64,000 bases of DNA from an uncultured Gammaproteobacteria bacterium (GCA_964483115.1 CAYZZF010000002.1:5493-69492), one strand, 5' to 3'. Shown: positions 21,881 to 31,603, counted from the stretch's first letter. The notes: generated by a model not told the origin, from the letters alone. Numbers and translations are program-made.

Positions 21881-22825
21881 TTAGGGAGCAATAAAGTATA
21901 CTATTGCAATGACTAAAATAACCCAAACAACGACGGTTGTAAGAAGCGGTCTATCCGAAAGTAAGACTTTTTCAGGACTTTCTCCTTCATGTTTTTCATA
22001 AACATCTTGGATATATCTCATTAGTCCATAAACCACAGGTACTATTGTAATCATTAGCCATTTTCTATATAAAAATGATGGAAGAAAATCCGGAAGAAAT
22101 ATACTAATTCCCAGTCTGAATCCTTTGGGATTTTCCAAAAACGTAAAAAGTGAATAGAATACAAAAGTTGATGTAGCAAATATTGAAGTATAAACATCAA
22201 GCAATCTTTCAGAATAATGAGATAGAGATCTTCGAACATCTGCAATACTAGCCCCTTTTATTTGAGAAACAAGGGTGAGTTCGGATTTTCTTTTGCCAGT
22301 AGCCAAAAACAGAGAAAGAGAAATGATAGTCAGCAAAAGCCAGACTGATATATGGAAACCACTTGCAAATTCACCAGCATACACTCTTAATATATAACCT
22401 GTAGATATAGCCAGAATATCTGCGACGGCAACCGACTTTAGGGAAAGAGAGTATAGAAATTGAATTAATAAAAATATCAAGATTACTATGAAAAACGCCG
22501 GCGTTACATAAATAAAGGACAGATAGAGAGATACAGCCATTAAAATAAGAGCTAAACTTATTGCAGGTATTGTTTTGACATCGCCGTGGGCTAACGGGCG
22601 AAATCTTTTGAACGGGTGAAGTCTATCGCTTCTTATATCAAAATAATCGTTAATAATATACGTTGCAGAAGATACTCCGCATAAAATAAAAAAACCGATT
22701 AGAACCTTTTCAAATACCGGTAAATAAAATAATTGTCCAGAAAAAGTTATAGCAGCAAAGATTGCTAAATTTTTTATCCATTGTCTAGGTCGTAAAAGTC
22801 TTAAAATATTATATATTGTTTTCAT
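21881..22825 (-). CDS. UbiA-family prenyltransferase, decaprenyl-phosphate phosphoribosyltransferase (DPPR synthase)-like
   Basis: N-terminal LLRPRQWIKNLAIF and NDYFDIRSDRLHP, the UbiA Asp-rich motif. Confidence 0.65.
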   Translation of the reverse strand: MKTIYNILRLLRPRQWIKNLAIFAAITFSGQLFYLPVFEKVLIGFFILCGVSSATYIINDYFDIRSDRLHPFKRFRPLAHGDVKTIPAISLALILMAVSLYLSFIYVTPAFFIVILIFLLIQFLYSLSLKSVAVADILAISTGYILRVYAGEFASGFHISVWLLLTIISLSLFLATGKRKSELTLVSQIKGASIADVRRSLSHYSERLLDVYTSIFATSTFVFYSLFTFLENPKGFRLGISIFLPDFLPSFLYRKWLMITIVPVVYGLMRYIQDVYEKHEGESPEKVLLSDRPLLTTVVVWVILVIAIVYFIAP

Positions 22826-23885
22826 TTTCAGTTTTTCTTAAAAATAAGTGTAGGAAGAGTAAGGCACCCCCTATCAAAATTATTATCATAATAACTGCAA
22901 AAAATTTTCCCTTGCTTGATAAGAACAAAGAAAGGGAGCCTAATATAGCAGAAATAAGCCAATAAAACAATGCAATTGTTCTTTGCGAAAAACCCATGTA
23001 CAAAAGTATGTGGTGGAGATGTTTTTTGTCATGCCAAAACGGAGACTTTCCTTCCAGAACTCTACGGATAATTGTAAATACTCCATCAATCATTGGTACT
23101 CCCATAACTAAAATTGCAGTAGCCAGCTTTGCGCTTGAGAGAATCGAGATAGTAGCCAACAAAAGATAAATTGCAGTCGCTCCATATCCTGGGAAAATCT
23201 TAGCAGGGTAAAAATTAAAAATTAAAAATCCCAACGCAGCTCCTGCGAGCATAAAAGAAAGTTTCGCGCTGATAAGATTTGTCTCATCAATTATGGGAAA
23301 ACGAAGGCTAAGAAGTCCTATTACAACAGCGGAAATTGCTACAATTCCTGGCATTTGTCCATCAACACCTTTACTCCAATTTAGCATATTCATAACCCAT
23401 ACAATCCATACAAGGGCAATAAGATCTGACAATACTAATATTGAATGATGTCCAAAAAAATCAAATGAGATACGGAAAATGTTTAGATAAAGAATTCCGC
23501 CAAATGGATTGGTTACAAAAGGTATTCCTACACCACTTCCGACAACAATGCCAGCTGATACTATATTTATAAAAAAACGCGCATAAGGAGATATGTCAAA
23601 TTTGTCATCCAAAACCCCAATTATAAGAGCAAGAAGAGAGGCTAAAAAAAGAGCGATTACAATTTTTGTCATAGGTAAAAATAAAATTCCCGAAGTTAAT
23701 ACTCCTATGAAAAGAGGAATTCCTCCTCCTCTTGGAACTGGTTTTTTGTGTATTACGGCAGGATGTTTATGAGAGAATGGGTCATCAACTACGCCTATCT
23801 TCTTAGCAATAACTAACCAAATGGGCGTTACAATCGCTGTGCTGACAAATGCCGTTACAAAAGGTAGGAATATTATATTTTGCAT
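22809..23885 (-). CDS. GT4 polyprenyl-phosphate sugar-1-phosphate transferase (MraY/WecA family)
   Basis: About 10 TM, with VLDDKFDISPYARF and the MNxxNxxDGxDG-like block MNMLNWSKGVDGQ. Confidence 0.75.
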   Translation of the reverse strand: MQNIIFLPFVTAFVSTAIVTPIWLVIAKKIGVVDDPFSHKHPAVIHKKPVPRGGGIPLFIGVLTSGILFLPMTKIVIALFLASLLALIIGVLDDKFDISPYARFFINIVSAGIVVGSGVGIPFVTNPFGGILYLNIFRISFDFFGHHSILVLSDLIALVWIVWVMNMLNWSKGVDGQMPGIVAISAVVIGLLSLRFPIIDETNLISAKLSFMLAGAALGFLIFNFYPAKIFPGYGATAIYLLLATISILSSAKLATAILVMGVPMIDGVFTIIRRVLEGKSPFWHDKKHLHHILLYMGFSQRTIALFYWLISAILGSLSLFLSSKGKFFAVIMIIILIGGALLFLHLFLRKTENENNI

Positions 23886-23894
23886 GAGCCAATA

Positions 23895-24248
23895 TTAAAT
23901 TATCAAAGATATCGTCCTTAGGATAAAAAGAAAAGATAGAAAAGCAATAAGAAGGCTTGTTGTTGCAAGTATACGAGATAAAACCTGCATCTTTTTATAG
24001 ATAATTGATGAAATGACCATATTAATAATAGAGATAAAAAATGCTAAAGCTATAGGGATAAATATCATAATTGTTGTTCCAAGCCTGATGTTGCCCCAGG
24101 GAAGTTGGTTAAAAAGAGGAATAAAGGGAGGAAGAGAACTATAATAAAAAAGTATATAGACAACTGTAATAATAACTAAAATAAAAGATGTGGAAAATCC
24201 AGCCAAAATTACTTTGTCCTCTTTTGCATCCTTAAAAAATTCGTTCAT
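23895..24248 (-). CDS. small polytopic membrane protein, unknown function
   Basis: Three predicted TM helices; packed between glycosyltransferase genes. Confidence 0.4.
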   Translation of the reverse strand: MNEFFKDAKEDKVILAGFSTSFILVIITVVYILFYYSSLPPFIPLFNQLPWGNIRLGTTIMIFIPIALAFFISIINMVISSIIYKKMQVLSRILATTSLLIAFLSFLFILRTISLII

Positions 24249-25722
24249 AAATTACAGTATTGTCAATTCTTACGCCCCGGCCATAATTATAAAGAGAGAA
24301 AGGAATATTGCCTTGGTCAGGAAGCACCACAATAAATTTCACTTTTTTATCTAAGACAGCTTTTTGTGTATTTTTTATTCCATCTTTATAACCTGTTATG
24401 TGGTAAGCTACTGCATATTTCCCGGGAGGGAGCTTATTGGATAGCGTGTATATTTGAGCATTGTTTCCCCAGACAAATATTGTATCTTTATTAGTTGTTC
24501 TCATTTTGATAAATTGTGCAATTTCATAATCTACAGCCGTTTGTCTATCAAAAAACGCCTGATAGGAGGAAACGGTTTTTTTACCCATGATAAATGATAA
24601 AAAATTCTGATAGTAGAAGATTGTTTTACCATAAAAGTTAAAATCTTTAACAATAAATAAAAGAAAAATTATAAAAATTGAAGCATTTATCAATTGATAT
24701 TTCTTGTCCCAAAAAAGTAAACCTAAAAGCAATATAAAACTTGGCAGAAGTACTAAAAGATAATGTGTATAGGGCCGTTGGGCAAAGTAGGCATTAAAAA
24801 GAGAGAATGAAAACCAAAGGAGTATAAAAAGAGTAGTTTTTGAAAATTTATTTCTTTTTGTAAATAAGAAAATAGTAAACAGAATTAGCAAGAATAACTT
24901 AAAGAATAGAAATCCCTGAGGAATAAAAAATTTATTTCCATATCCTACATATGACACATTTTGGAGAAATGTTGCCTGAAGGAACTCTTTAAATGCCCCG
25001 GCAGTTAGGAAAAATAATATTGATATTAATATCGGAATCAAAAACCCTATTACAAAAATCAATAGTGGTTGCAGAAGATTATCAAAATTTTTCCTAATCA
25101 ATGAGCTTTTAAGGGAAACCTTGACTGGCAGGTTTATAAATAAAATAAATAGGAAGAAAGCTGCAAAATCAAAAACTGCAACAACCTTAAAAAGAAAAGC
25201 TACTCCAAGAAGAAGACCAGAAAAAAAAAGAATTCCCTGCTTTTTTGCTGGAATTATGTCAAAGATAAAAAAAGCGGCAAAAAGTATTGGGAAGAGTATG
25301 AAATTTTCTGCATTTGCAATGTTCCCTTCAAGAAGCGGTAGTCCAAAAAGGACTGCAAAAAGTAAAGTAGTAATAAATACTATATTTTGTCCACTTTGTT
25401 TGTTTTGAAAAAGTTTTTTTACAAGAACAAAAAAAACAATTATTGCCAAAATTCCAAAAATAATAGAAACAAACCGCAGAGCAAATTGGTCAGAATTAAA
25501 AAGAGCATACAGTAAATAAAGCAGAGGCGGCTTGTTGTCCCAAATATCTCTATAAAGAAGTCTTCCATTACGGAGTGCAATACCTAGTACTTGATAGATT
25601 CCTTCATCGCCATACCAATACGGTTCAAAAAGAGAGGGAAGACGAAGGAGAAAAAAAACAAAAGACGCTAGTAGAAGAAACCAAACATCTTTACTCTTTT
25701 CAGCTTTGGCAATAAGCCTCAT
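24232..25722 (-). CDS. GT-C fold membrane glycosyltransferase (ArnT/PMT-like), third copy
   Basis: LFEPYWYGDEGIYQ (DE motif in the first loop); polytopic; 496 aa. Confidence 0.6.
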   Translation of the reverse strand: MRLIAKAEKSKDVWFLLLASFVFFLLRLPSLFEPYWYGDEGIYQVLGIALRNGRLLYRDIWDNKPPLLYLLYALFNSDQFALRFVSIIFGILAIIVFFVLVKKLFQNKQSGQNIVFITTLLFAVLFGLPLLEGNIANAENFILFPILFAAFFIFDIIPAKKQGILFFSGLLLGVAFLFKVVAVFDFAAFFLFILFINLPVKVSLKSSLIRKNFDNLLQPLLIFVIGFLIPILISILFFLTAGAFKEFLQATFLQNVSYVGYGNKFFIPQGFLFFKLFLLILFTIFLFTKRNKFSKTTLFILLWFSFSLFNAYFAQRPYTHYLLVLLPSFILLLGLLFWDKKYQLINASIFIIFLLFIVKDFNFYGKTIFYYQNFLSFIMGKKTVSSYQAFFDRQTAVDYEIAQFIKMRTTNKDTIFVWGNNAQIYTLSNKLPPGKYAVAYHITGYKDGIKNTQKAVLDKKVKFIVVLPDQGNIPFSLYNYGRGVRIDNTVIYERIF

Positions 25723-27221
25723 ATCTTTTCTGTAACTTTGTATTCAAGTCTTTTTCCAAGCATAAGTTGAGTATGAGAAATAAGAGCAGGAAGTGTTGAT
25801 AGAAAAAATCCAACAATTGGCAGAAGCACGAATTCAAGAGGAAATAAAAATTCCCTTGCCTTACCCAGAAACATGTTGCGAGGCCTATTTCTAAAATCAA
25901 TAATAACCATTACTAAAAGTGCAAAAAGACAAGAAGTTAAAATAGCAGCAGCAATGCCTGGAAGTCTGTATCCAAGAGCTGTTCTTGAGAAAGCAGGATT
26001 TATAAAAGGTATGATATTTGCTGCAATAGTTATTATAAACCAGTTTACAGGCCAAAGGAAATGATCTAAGAGTACATTATATAGCATAACAGTTTTTCTA
26101 ATAAAAGGCACGTTGGGTATTGTAAGCCACCACTTTATAAATAAGGGGTCATCAGATACGCCCCATGACCAGCGTCTTTCCTGATCATATTTGTTTTTGA
26201 GACTTTTTAGGAATGTTGAAGAAAGAGGAGCATCCATTGATGTTTTTAGAAAAATTGGTTCAACCCAAGCATTTCCAGCGAGTCTAAAAAAGGCTTTAAA
26301 AAAAATTCTGTAATCCTCAGGGATTACATCTGTATCCCAAAAGTCGATTCTCTTTAAAAGTCTAAAAGAGAGAGAATAAGTTGAATTCGCAACAAGTTTA
26401 TCTTTTTGTACAAGAACAGCCATTCGCCAAACGCTTCCGAAAAATGCGATAATTCTTGTTGGTGCTGGTATTTTCCAGAAATTATTATAATTAACGTTTG
26501 CTGACTGCCAAAATTTATTGTATGGTTTAGAATCAGTTAGAAATTTATAAGATAGATAGGAAAAATATTGTTTATCAAAAATTGAATCTGCATCAACAGA
26601 AGACACAGTTGCGTAATCTATATCTATAATTCCTTTTTGAATCAGTTCTTTATATGCCATTTTTCCTGCGTATGCCTCATTTGATGATTTACCTTTTACT
26701 TCTCCTGAAATGTCAGGATGATAAGTAGCAAGCATTTGTCCAAAAACCTTTTCAAAATCTTTGATTAGGATATCTGCTTTCTCCTTTGCATCTTTTTCTC
26801 TTTGTTCCATGGCCAATACTATATAGATTCTTTTTGTGGGGAAGGTTTGGCCTGCTATTGATTTGATAGTTTCTCTTAATTTTTCTACCTTTTCTTTATA
26901 ATTTGGAAGAATAACAACATGAGAAAGTTTTTTAAACCCTTCAACTGCAGAGGACTCTTGAAACCAATCCTTTTTTTCGGCTTTTTTTATTTTATTAGAT
27001 GCAATAATTGCGGTGGCCGCAAGAAAGAATGATTTGTAAAACCAATAAACATCAAAAAATAGTATAAAATATGCAACAAAAAAAGGAATAACCAAAGAAC
27101 CCCAAATAGGAAATAAAATAAGCATCCAGGAAAAAAAGCCCGGCAGTATTTCCAAAAACCGCCTCGTTTTTACCGGATAGCGGATAAAAATTCTATTAAA
27201 AAAATCACTCATAAAGATCAA
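25719..27221 (-). CDS. membrane GT2 glycosyltransferase, processive (cellulose/chitin-synthase-like) type
   Basis: VVILPNYKE, SSVDADS (DxD), and QERRWSWG (Q-x-x-R-W motif), with flanking TM segments. Confidence 0.7.
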   Translation of the reverse strand: MIFMSDFFNRIFIRYPVKTRRFLEILPGFFSWMLILFPIWGSLVIPFFVAYFILFFDVYWFYKSFFLAATAIIASNKIKKAEKKDWFQESSAVEGFKKLSHVVILPNYKEKVEKLRETIKSIAGQTFPTKRIYIVLAMEQREKDAKEKADILIKDFEKVFGQMLATYHPDISGEVKGKSSNEAYAGKMAYKELIQKGIIDIDYATVSSVDADSIFDKQYFSYLSYKFLTDSKPYNKFWQSANVNYNNFWKIPAPTRIIAFFGSVWRMAVLVQKDKLVANSTYSLSFRLLKRIDFWDTDVIPEDYRIFFKAFFRLAGNAWVEPIFLKTSMDAPLSSTFLKSLKNKYDQERRWSWGVSDDPLFIKWWLTIPNVPFIRKTVMLYNVLLDHFLWPVNWFIITIAANIIPFINPAFSRTALGYRLPGIAAAILTSCLFALLVMVIIDFRNRPRNMFLGKAREFLFPLEFVLLPIVGFFLSTLPALISHTQLMLGKRLEYKVTEKI

Positions 27222-28027
27222 TCTCTTTTCAAATCGAGTCTAAAAATATTATTAACGTTTTCTGTTGTTTTTTCAATGGCCTTTTTAAATGAGACACCTT
27301 TAATTTTAGAGAGAAAGTTCCCAACAATTATAACATAACTTGGTATATTTCTACTACCCCGATGGGGCACTGGAGCTAGAAATGGACTATCAGTCTCGGC
27401 AACAATTCTATCGATTGGAGCGTATTTGACAAGCTCAGAAAGCGCAGTATCTTCACCTGGAGATAAACCTTTATAAGTAATATTTCCGTCAAATCCTACA
27501 TAAAATCCAAGTTCAAGTATCTTTTTAAGAAAATCAGTATTTCCGGACATACAGTGAAACATTCCCGGAGGATTTAATAAGAGTGATTTATGAGCATTTA
27601 AAATTTCAATAATTTTTTTTCCAGCTTGGCGATTATGGATCTGAAGCGGAAGTTTTAATTTATTTGAAAGTTCAATTTGTTTGACAAAAACTCTTTCCTG
27701 AAGTTCTGGTTCAACAATAGCATTAGATTTATAGCTATAAAAATCCATTCCGCATTCTCCAATTCCTACAACTTTTCGGTTTTTTGCCATTTTTTCAAGC
27801 TCTTTGTCCCAATCCTTTTCTAATTTATCGGCATGATGAGGATGGATTCCGATAATTGCATACAAGTTTCCATATTTTTCCGCTAGATCAATTGCTTTTT
27901 GGCTTGAATCAATCTTGGTTCCAACATTTATAATCTTCGTAACCCCGTCCTCAAAAGCTTTCTTAATGACCTCATCAAAATCTTTCTCAAAAGCTTTAAA
28001 ATTCAAATGACAATGTACATCAACCAT
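27218..28027 (-). CDS. tatD: TatD-family metal-dependent DNase/hydrolase
   Basis: MVDVHCHLNF...IGIHPHHA, and a C-terminal ETDSPFLAP. Confidence 0.9.
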   Translation of the reverse strand: MVDVHCHLNFKAFEKDFDEVIKKAFEDGVTKIINVGTKIDSSQKAIDLAEKYGNLYAIIGIHPHHADKLEKDWDKELEKMAKNRKVVGIGECGMDFYSYKSNAIVEPELQERVFVKQIELSNKLKLPLQIHNRQAGKKIIEILNAHKSLLLNPPGMFHCMSGNTDFLKKILELGFYVGFDGNITYKGLSPGEDTALSELVKYAPIDRIVAETDSPFLAPVPHRGSRNIPSYVIIVGNFLSKIKGVSFKKAIEKTTENVNNIFRLDLKRD

Positions 28028-28183
28028 ATTTCAAGATTTACAAGATATAGTATAAATTCCCCTCTGATATAATGCAATTATTTTATTATTAAAACGGGAA
28101 CGTTTACTCTGCGGCCATTCAAAAATGGTGATAACCCATCTCTTATTAAAAATATTAATAATAAAAAAATATATAAACCTACC

Positions 28184-28560
28184 TTGAATATTCCATACCC
28201 CTATACTATTAAAGATGCAAAGGACTGGATTAATAAAAATAAAAAATACATCAGAGACAATTCTTTAAAAGCGGTAAATTTTACAATTGACATTAAAGGA
28301 AAAGTGGCTGGCGGTATTGGTATTTCTAAGACAGAAAATAGTGAAGGAGAATGTTATTGGTTAGGTGAAGACTATTGGGGCAGGGGAACAATGTCGGAAG
28401 CGTAAGAGTTATGACAGATCGTGTTTTAAAAAACTCAAATTGAAGAGAATTTATGCATATGTTTTTTCTTTCAATAAAGCTTCAATGAAAGTATTGGAAT
28501 AAAATGGATATAAACTTGAGTAAATTTTGAAGGGAAATCTCTTAAAAGACGGAGGAAAAA
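28184..28560 (+). pseudogene. fragmented GNAT N-acetyltransferase (RimJ/RimL-like) remnant
   Basis: The 73-aa ORF ends after YWLGEDYWGRG. Downstream frames continue with ...RIYAYVFSFNKASMKVLEKNGYKLE, interrupted by stops and frameshifts. Confidence 0.55.
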
Positions 28561-28595
28561 CTCGACGATTATAAATTCTCAAAGATTGCTCAAAA

Positions 28596-30044
28596 TTAAA
28601 TTCTTGGGAAAAGAGGTGGTTTGGAAATTATTTTTGGGCCTTTGAATTGTTCTTCGATTTTTTTGGCCGTTTCGGGCAAGAATGGTTCCAAAAGTCCTGC
28701 AATCTCCTGGATCTGATCTACACTATGAGCAAGAATATCTCTAATTTTTGATTCTCTATTTTGTATCAAAAGCCACGGTTTCTCATCGTTTATGAATTTA
28801 TCAAGATTTGCTATCTTTGTCCATATAAAAGAAAGAGCGTCATTGAATCGAAATTCTGAGATTGCCCGCGAATAATCTTCAATTGAAATAACATGACTTG
28901 AAGTTCCATCAGGTGAGCCCATTTGAATATAGTTTCCTGTTTCACAGAGTTTTGCAACACGAGAAATAAGATTTCCTAGTCCATTTGCCAAGTCTGCGTT
29001 ACAGGATTTTACAAATTTATCTTCCGAATAATCCCCGTCTGCAAACGGCGATATGTAGCGCAGAAGATAGTAACGAAGTGCCTCCGCTCCATATTTTTTA
29101 ATTAGGTCCAAAGGGTCTATTACATTGCCTAGGGTTTTTGACATTTTTTGTTCGTTGACTGTTATGTATTCATGGACAAATATATTTTTTGGCAGTGCAA
29201 GACTAGCAGAGAGAAGAAAAGCTGGCCAATAAATAGCATGAAACCTTAGAATTCCTTTACCGATTACATGCAAATCTGCTGGCCACCATTTATTATATTT
29301 TTTCTCATTCTGTCCAAAACCAACTCCGCTTTGGTAAATATTTAAGGCATCAAACCAAACATACATTTTTTGCGAAGAGTCATTTGGGACAGAAACCCCC
29401 CAGTTTTTAGCTCTTTTATTTGATCTTGAAATACTTATATCAGAAAGCCCCTGTTTAATAAATGAAAGCATCTCGTTTTTGCGGTTTTGCGGTATTATTT
29501 GTATTTCGTCAGATTTTATAAGCTTTTCTATTTGAGACTGATACTTTGAAAGTTTAAAAAAATAATTTTCCTCAGATACCTCTTCGAGTTTTTTCCCCGG
29601 GTGTTCAAAACATTCTCCTTTCTCATTCAATTCGCTTTTTTCATAAAACAATTCACAGCCAATACAATAAAGTCCTGTGTATTTCTTTTTATAAATATCT
29701 TTACTGCATAATTCCCATAACTTTTGTGAGGCAGAATGATGTTTTGGATCGCTTCCTCTTTGAAAAACATCAAACTGCACATTTAGCTTTTTAGCAAGCT
29801 CTTTAAAAAGTTTGCTGTTTTTGTCAACTAATTCCTGGACTGGAATTTTTTCCTCCTCGGCCGCCTGAACATTTTTTAAAGCATTTTCATCAGAGCCGCA
29901 TAAAAGAAGAACATCTTCTCCAATTTGCCGATGATATCTGGCAATTACATCAGACTCCACAAACTCAAGTGCGTGTCCGATATGAGGTTTAGCATTAACA
30001 TAAGGAATCGCATTGGTAATATAAAATTTATTAGCTTTTGCCAT
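28596..30044 (-). CDS. metG: methionyl-tRNA synthetase (short form)
   Basis: YITNAIPYVNAKPHIGHALE (HIGH motif) and KMSKTLGNVIDP (KMSKS motif). Confidence 0.85.
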   Translation of the reverse strand: MAKANKFYITNAIPYVNAKPHIGHALEFVESDVIARYHRQIGEDVLLLCGSDENALKNVQAAEEEKIPVQELVDKNSKLFKELAKKLNVQFDVFQRGSDPKHHSASQKLWELCSKDIYKKKYTGLYCIGCELFYEKSELNEKGECFEHPGKKLEEVSEENYFFKLSKYQSQIEKLIKSDEIQIIPQNRKNEMLSFIKQGLSDISISRSNKRAKNWGVSVPNDSSQKMYVWFDALNIYQSGVGFGQNEKKYNKWWPADLHVIGKGILRFHAIYWPAFLLSASLALPKNIFVHEYITVNEQKMSKTLGNVIDPLDLIKKYGAEALRYYLLRYISPFADGDYSEDKFVKSCNADLANGLGNLISRVAKLCETGNYIQMGSPDGTSSHVISIEDYSRAISEFRFNDALSFIWTKIANLDKFINDEKPWLLIQNRESKIRDILAHSVDQIQEIAGLLEPFLPETAKKIEEQFKGPKIISKPPLFPRI

Positions 30045-30088
30045 GAGGTAATTCTATCAGAGAAAAAAGAGTGCGACAAGAATTTATA

Positions 30089-30424
30089 TTATTTTTTGTA
30101 ACTGAAGAAGAGTTCAAGTGTAAGAAATAATATTAAAAGAATTATCAGAAAGAAAATATGAGTTAGATAAAAAAATCTAAGAAGTAAATAGATTACGACG
30201 AATAGACCCACAAAGAGTCCTCGTCGGAAGTTGCTTAAAATGTAAGAAAAAAGAGAAAAGAGAAATAGAAAGATAGCAATAAAAAAGATTGGAAGGATAG
30301 GAAATTGAAAATTGAAAGTTGAAAGTCGAAAGTTTGGCGCAAGGGATACTATTATAGATGCGAGAATAGCTAAGAACAAAAAGCTAATAACTAAAAGCCA
30401 AACTGGTCTTTTCCTGTTTCTCAT
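30089..30424 (-). CDS. small polytopic membrane protein, unknown
   Basis: Three TM helices. Contains an in-frame repeat copy at 30295-30337. Confidence 0.4.
   Translation of the reverse strand: MRNRKRPVWLLVISFLFLAILASIIVSLAPNFRLSTFNFQFPILPIFFIAIFLFLFSLFSYILSNFRRGLFVGLFVVIYLLLRFFYLTHIFFLIILLILFLTLELFFSYKK
30295..30337. repeat. intragenic in-frame copy of dispersed repeat (ggaaattgaaaattgaaagttgaaagtcgaaag)
   Basis: TTGAAA-type tandem units, the same family as the other copies. Confidence 0.5.
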
Positions 30425-30627
30425 AAAATTAGTTTAGCATAATTTTTCTTCTTCTTTTCTGTCAAGAAAAGAAGCAAAAGCTCTCACAAGTCTTGTCTTG
30501 TGCTCTCAAAGTTTCGTTCACACCTCCTCTGCAATATCACGCCCCCTTTTTTACGTATTCACTCAACTTCTCGTGCATTCGACATGCGGATTGGCGACTT
30601 TATATATAAATAAAAAAATTTTGGGGC

Positions 30628-30656
30628 TTGACAGAGATTAGCAGTCGTGTTATATT
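30628..30656 (+). promoter_or_regulatory. sigma70 consensus promoter of hrcA operon (TTGACA-17-TATATT)
   Basis: ttgaca at 30628-30633, a 17-nt spacer, and tatatt at 30651-30656. Confidence 0.7.
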
Positions 30657-30664
30657 ACTGCTAA
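30638..30664 (+). promoter_or_regulatory. CIRCE element (HrcA operator) overlapping the promoter
   Basis: TTAGCAGTC-N9-TACTGCTAA against the consensus TTAGCACTC-N9-GAGTGCTAA, with 8/9 inverted-repeat arms. It is followed by a second imperfect palindrome, aaccccgattaaatcgggatt. Confidence 0.75.
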
Positions 30665-30697
30665 TCCAACCCCGATTAAATCGGGATTGCAAACAAC

Positions 30698-30821
30698 AAA
30701 TTCCAAATTACAAATCTAAAGTAAATTCAAAATTTCAATATCGAAATGTTTTGAATTATGAAAATTTGAAATTAAGTATTATTTAGGATTTGCTGCTTTG
30801 AAATTGGAATTTTTAAGAAAT
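30698..30821 (+). repeat. dispersed repeat copy in the hrcA 5' leader (shared about 75-bp block with the rnj leader)
   Basis: The block tttgaaattaagtattatttaggatttgctgctttgaaattggaattttt closely matches 52288-52340 and the reverse complement of 56145-56200. Confidence 0.6.
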
Positions 30822-31553
30822 ATGTATAACTTAACGCAGAGACAAATTGAGATATTAAAAAGTCTTATAGAAGAATATATAGAAACTGCAGCTCCTGTAG
30901 GTTCTGAAACTTTAGAAAAAAAGTGTAGTATAAGCGCCTCCCCTGCAACTATAAGAAACGAGATGGTAAAACTTACGCAACTTGGTTACCTTCAAAAACC
31001 TCATTCTTCAGCCGGCCGTATGCCTACACCTTCGGGCATGAAATTCTATGTTAATCAACTCATGAAAGAGAAAGAGATTTCTGTGGCTGAGGAAGTAGAT
31101 GTTAGAGATAAGGTATGGGATTTTAGAAATCAGGAGCAAAAACTTTTAAAGGAATTAACAAGATCGCTTGCTGACAAAACAAAGACCTTGGCAATTACTT
31201 CAACCGATGAGGGTGATTTTTTTTGCGCAGGTTATTCTCACATCCTAGACATACCTGAGTTTTTTGATATAGATGTAACAAAAAATCTACTAAGCGTTCT
31301 TGATGAGTTTGACTACTTTAATAATATTTTTTCAAGTATAATTGATGAAGAAGATATCCACATACTTATAGGAGATGAACTTGGGCCAAAACTTAGAGGT
31401 CCATATGGATTTGTTTTTAGACATTACAATACTCCTAAACACTCAACTGGGGAGATTGGAGTAATCGGACCAAACAGACTTGACTATACTTCTGTAGTAC
31501 CAACTGTTCGATATTTTGGTGATTTAATTGAAGAGATTGCAGAAGGATGGTAA
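30822..31553 (+). CDS. hrcA: heat-inducible transcription repressor HrcA (short form)
   Basis: MYNLTQRQIEILKSLIEEYIETAAPVGSETL is an HrcA N-terminal winged HTH. The ATG at 30822 is preferred over the TTG at 30798, which lies inside the repeat. Confidence 0.8.
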   Translation: MYNLTQRQIEILKSLIEEYIETAAPVGSETLEKKCSISASPATIRNEMVKLTQLGYLQKPHSSAGRMPTPSGMKFYVNQLMKEKEISVAEEVDVRDKVWDFRNQEQKLLKELTRSLADKTKTLAITSTDEGDFFCAGYSHILDIPEFFDIDVTKNLLSVLDEFDYFNNIFSSIIDEEDIHILIGDELGPKLRGPYGFVFRHYNTPKHSTGEIGVIGPNRLDYTSVVPTVRYFGDLIEEIAEGW

Positions 31554-31603
31554 TTTAAAATAGAATATAAAATATAAAAATTAAAAAGGACTATTGAAGT
31601 GAG

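Noticed and set aside
30798-30821. TTG start for hrcA as given in the ORF track
   Set aside because: The first 24 nt belong to the conserved repeat block that also precedes rnj. Alignment to HrcA N-termini favours the ATG at 30822.
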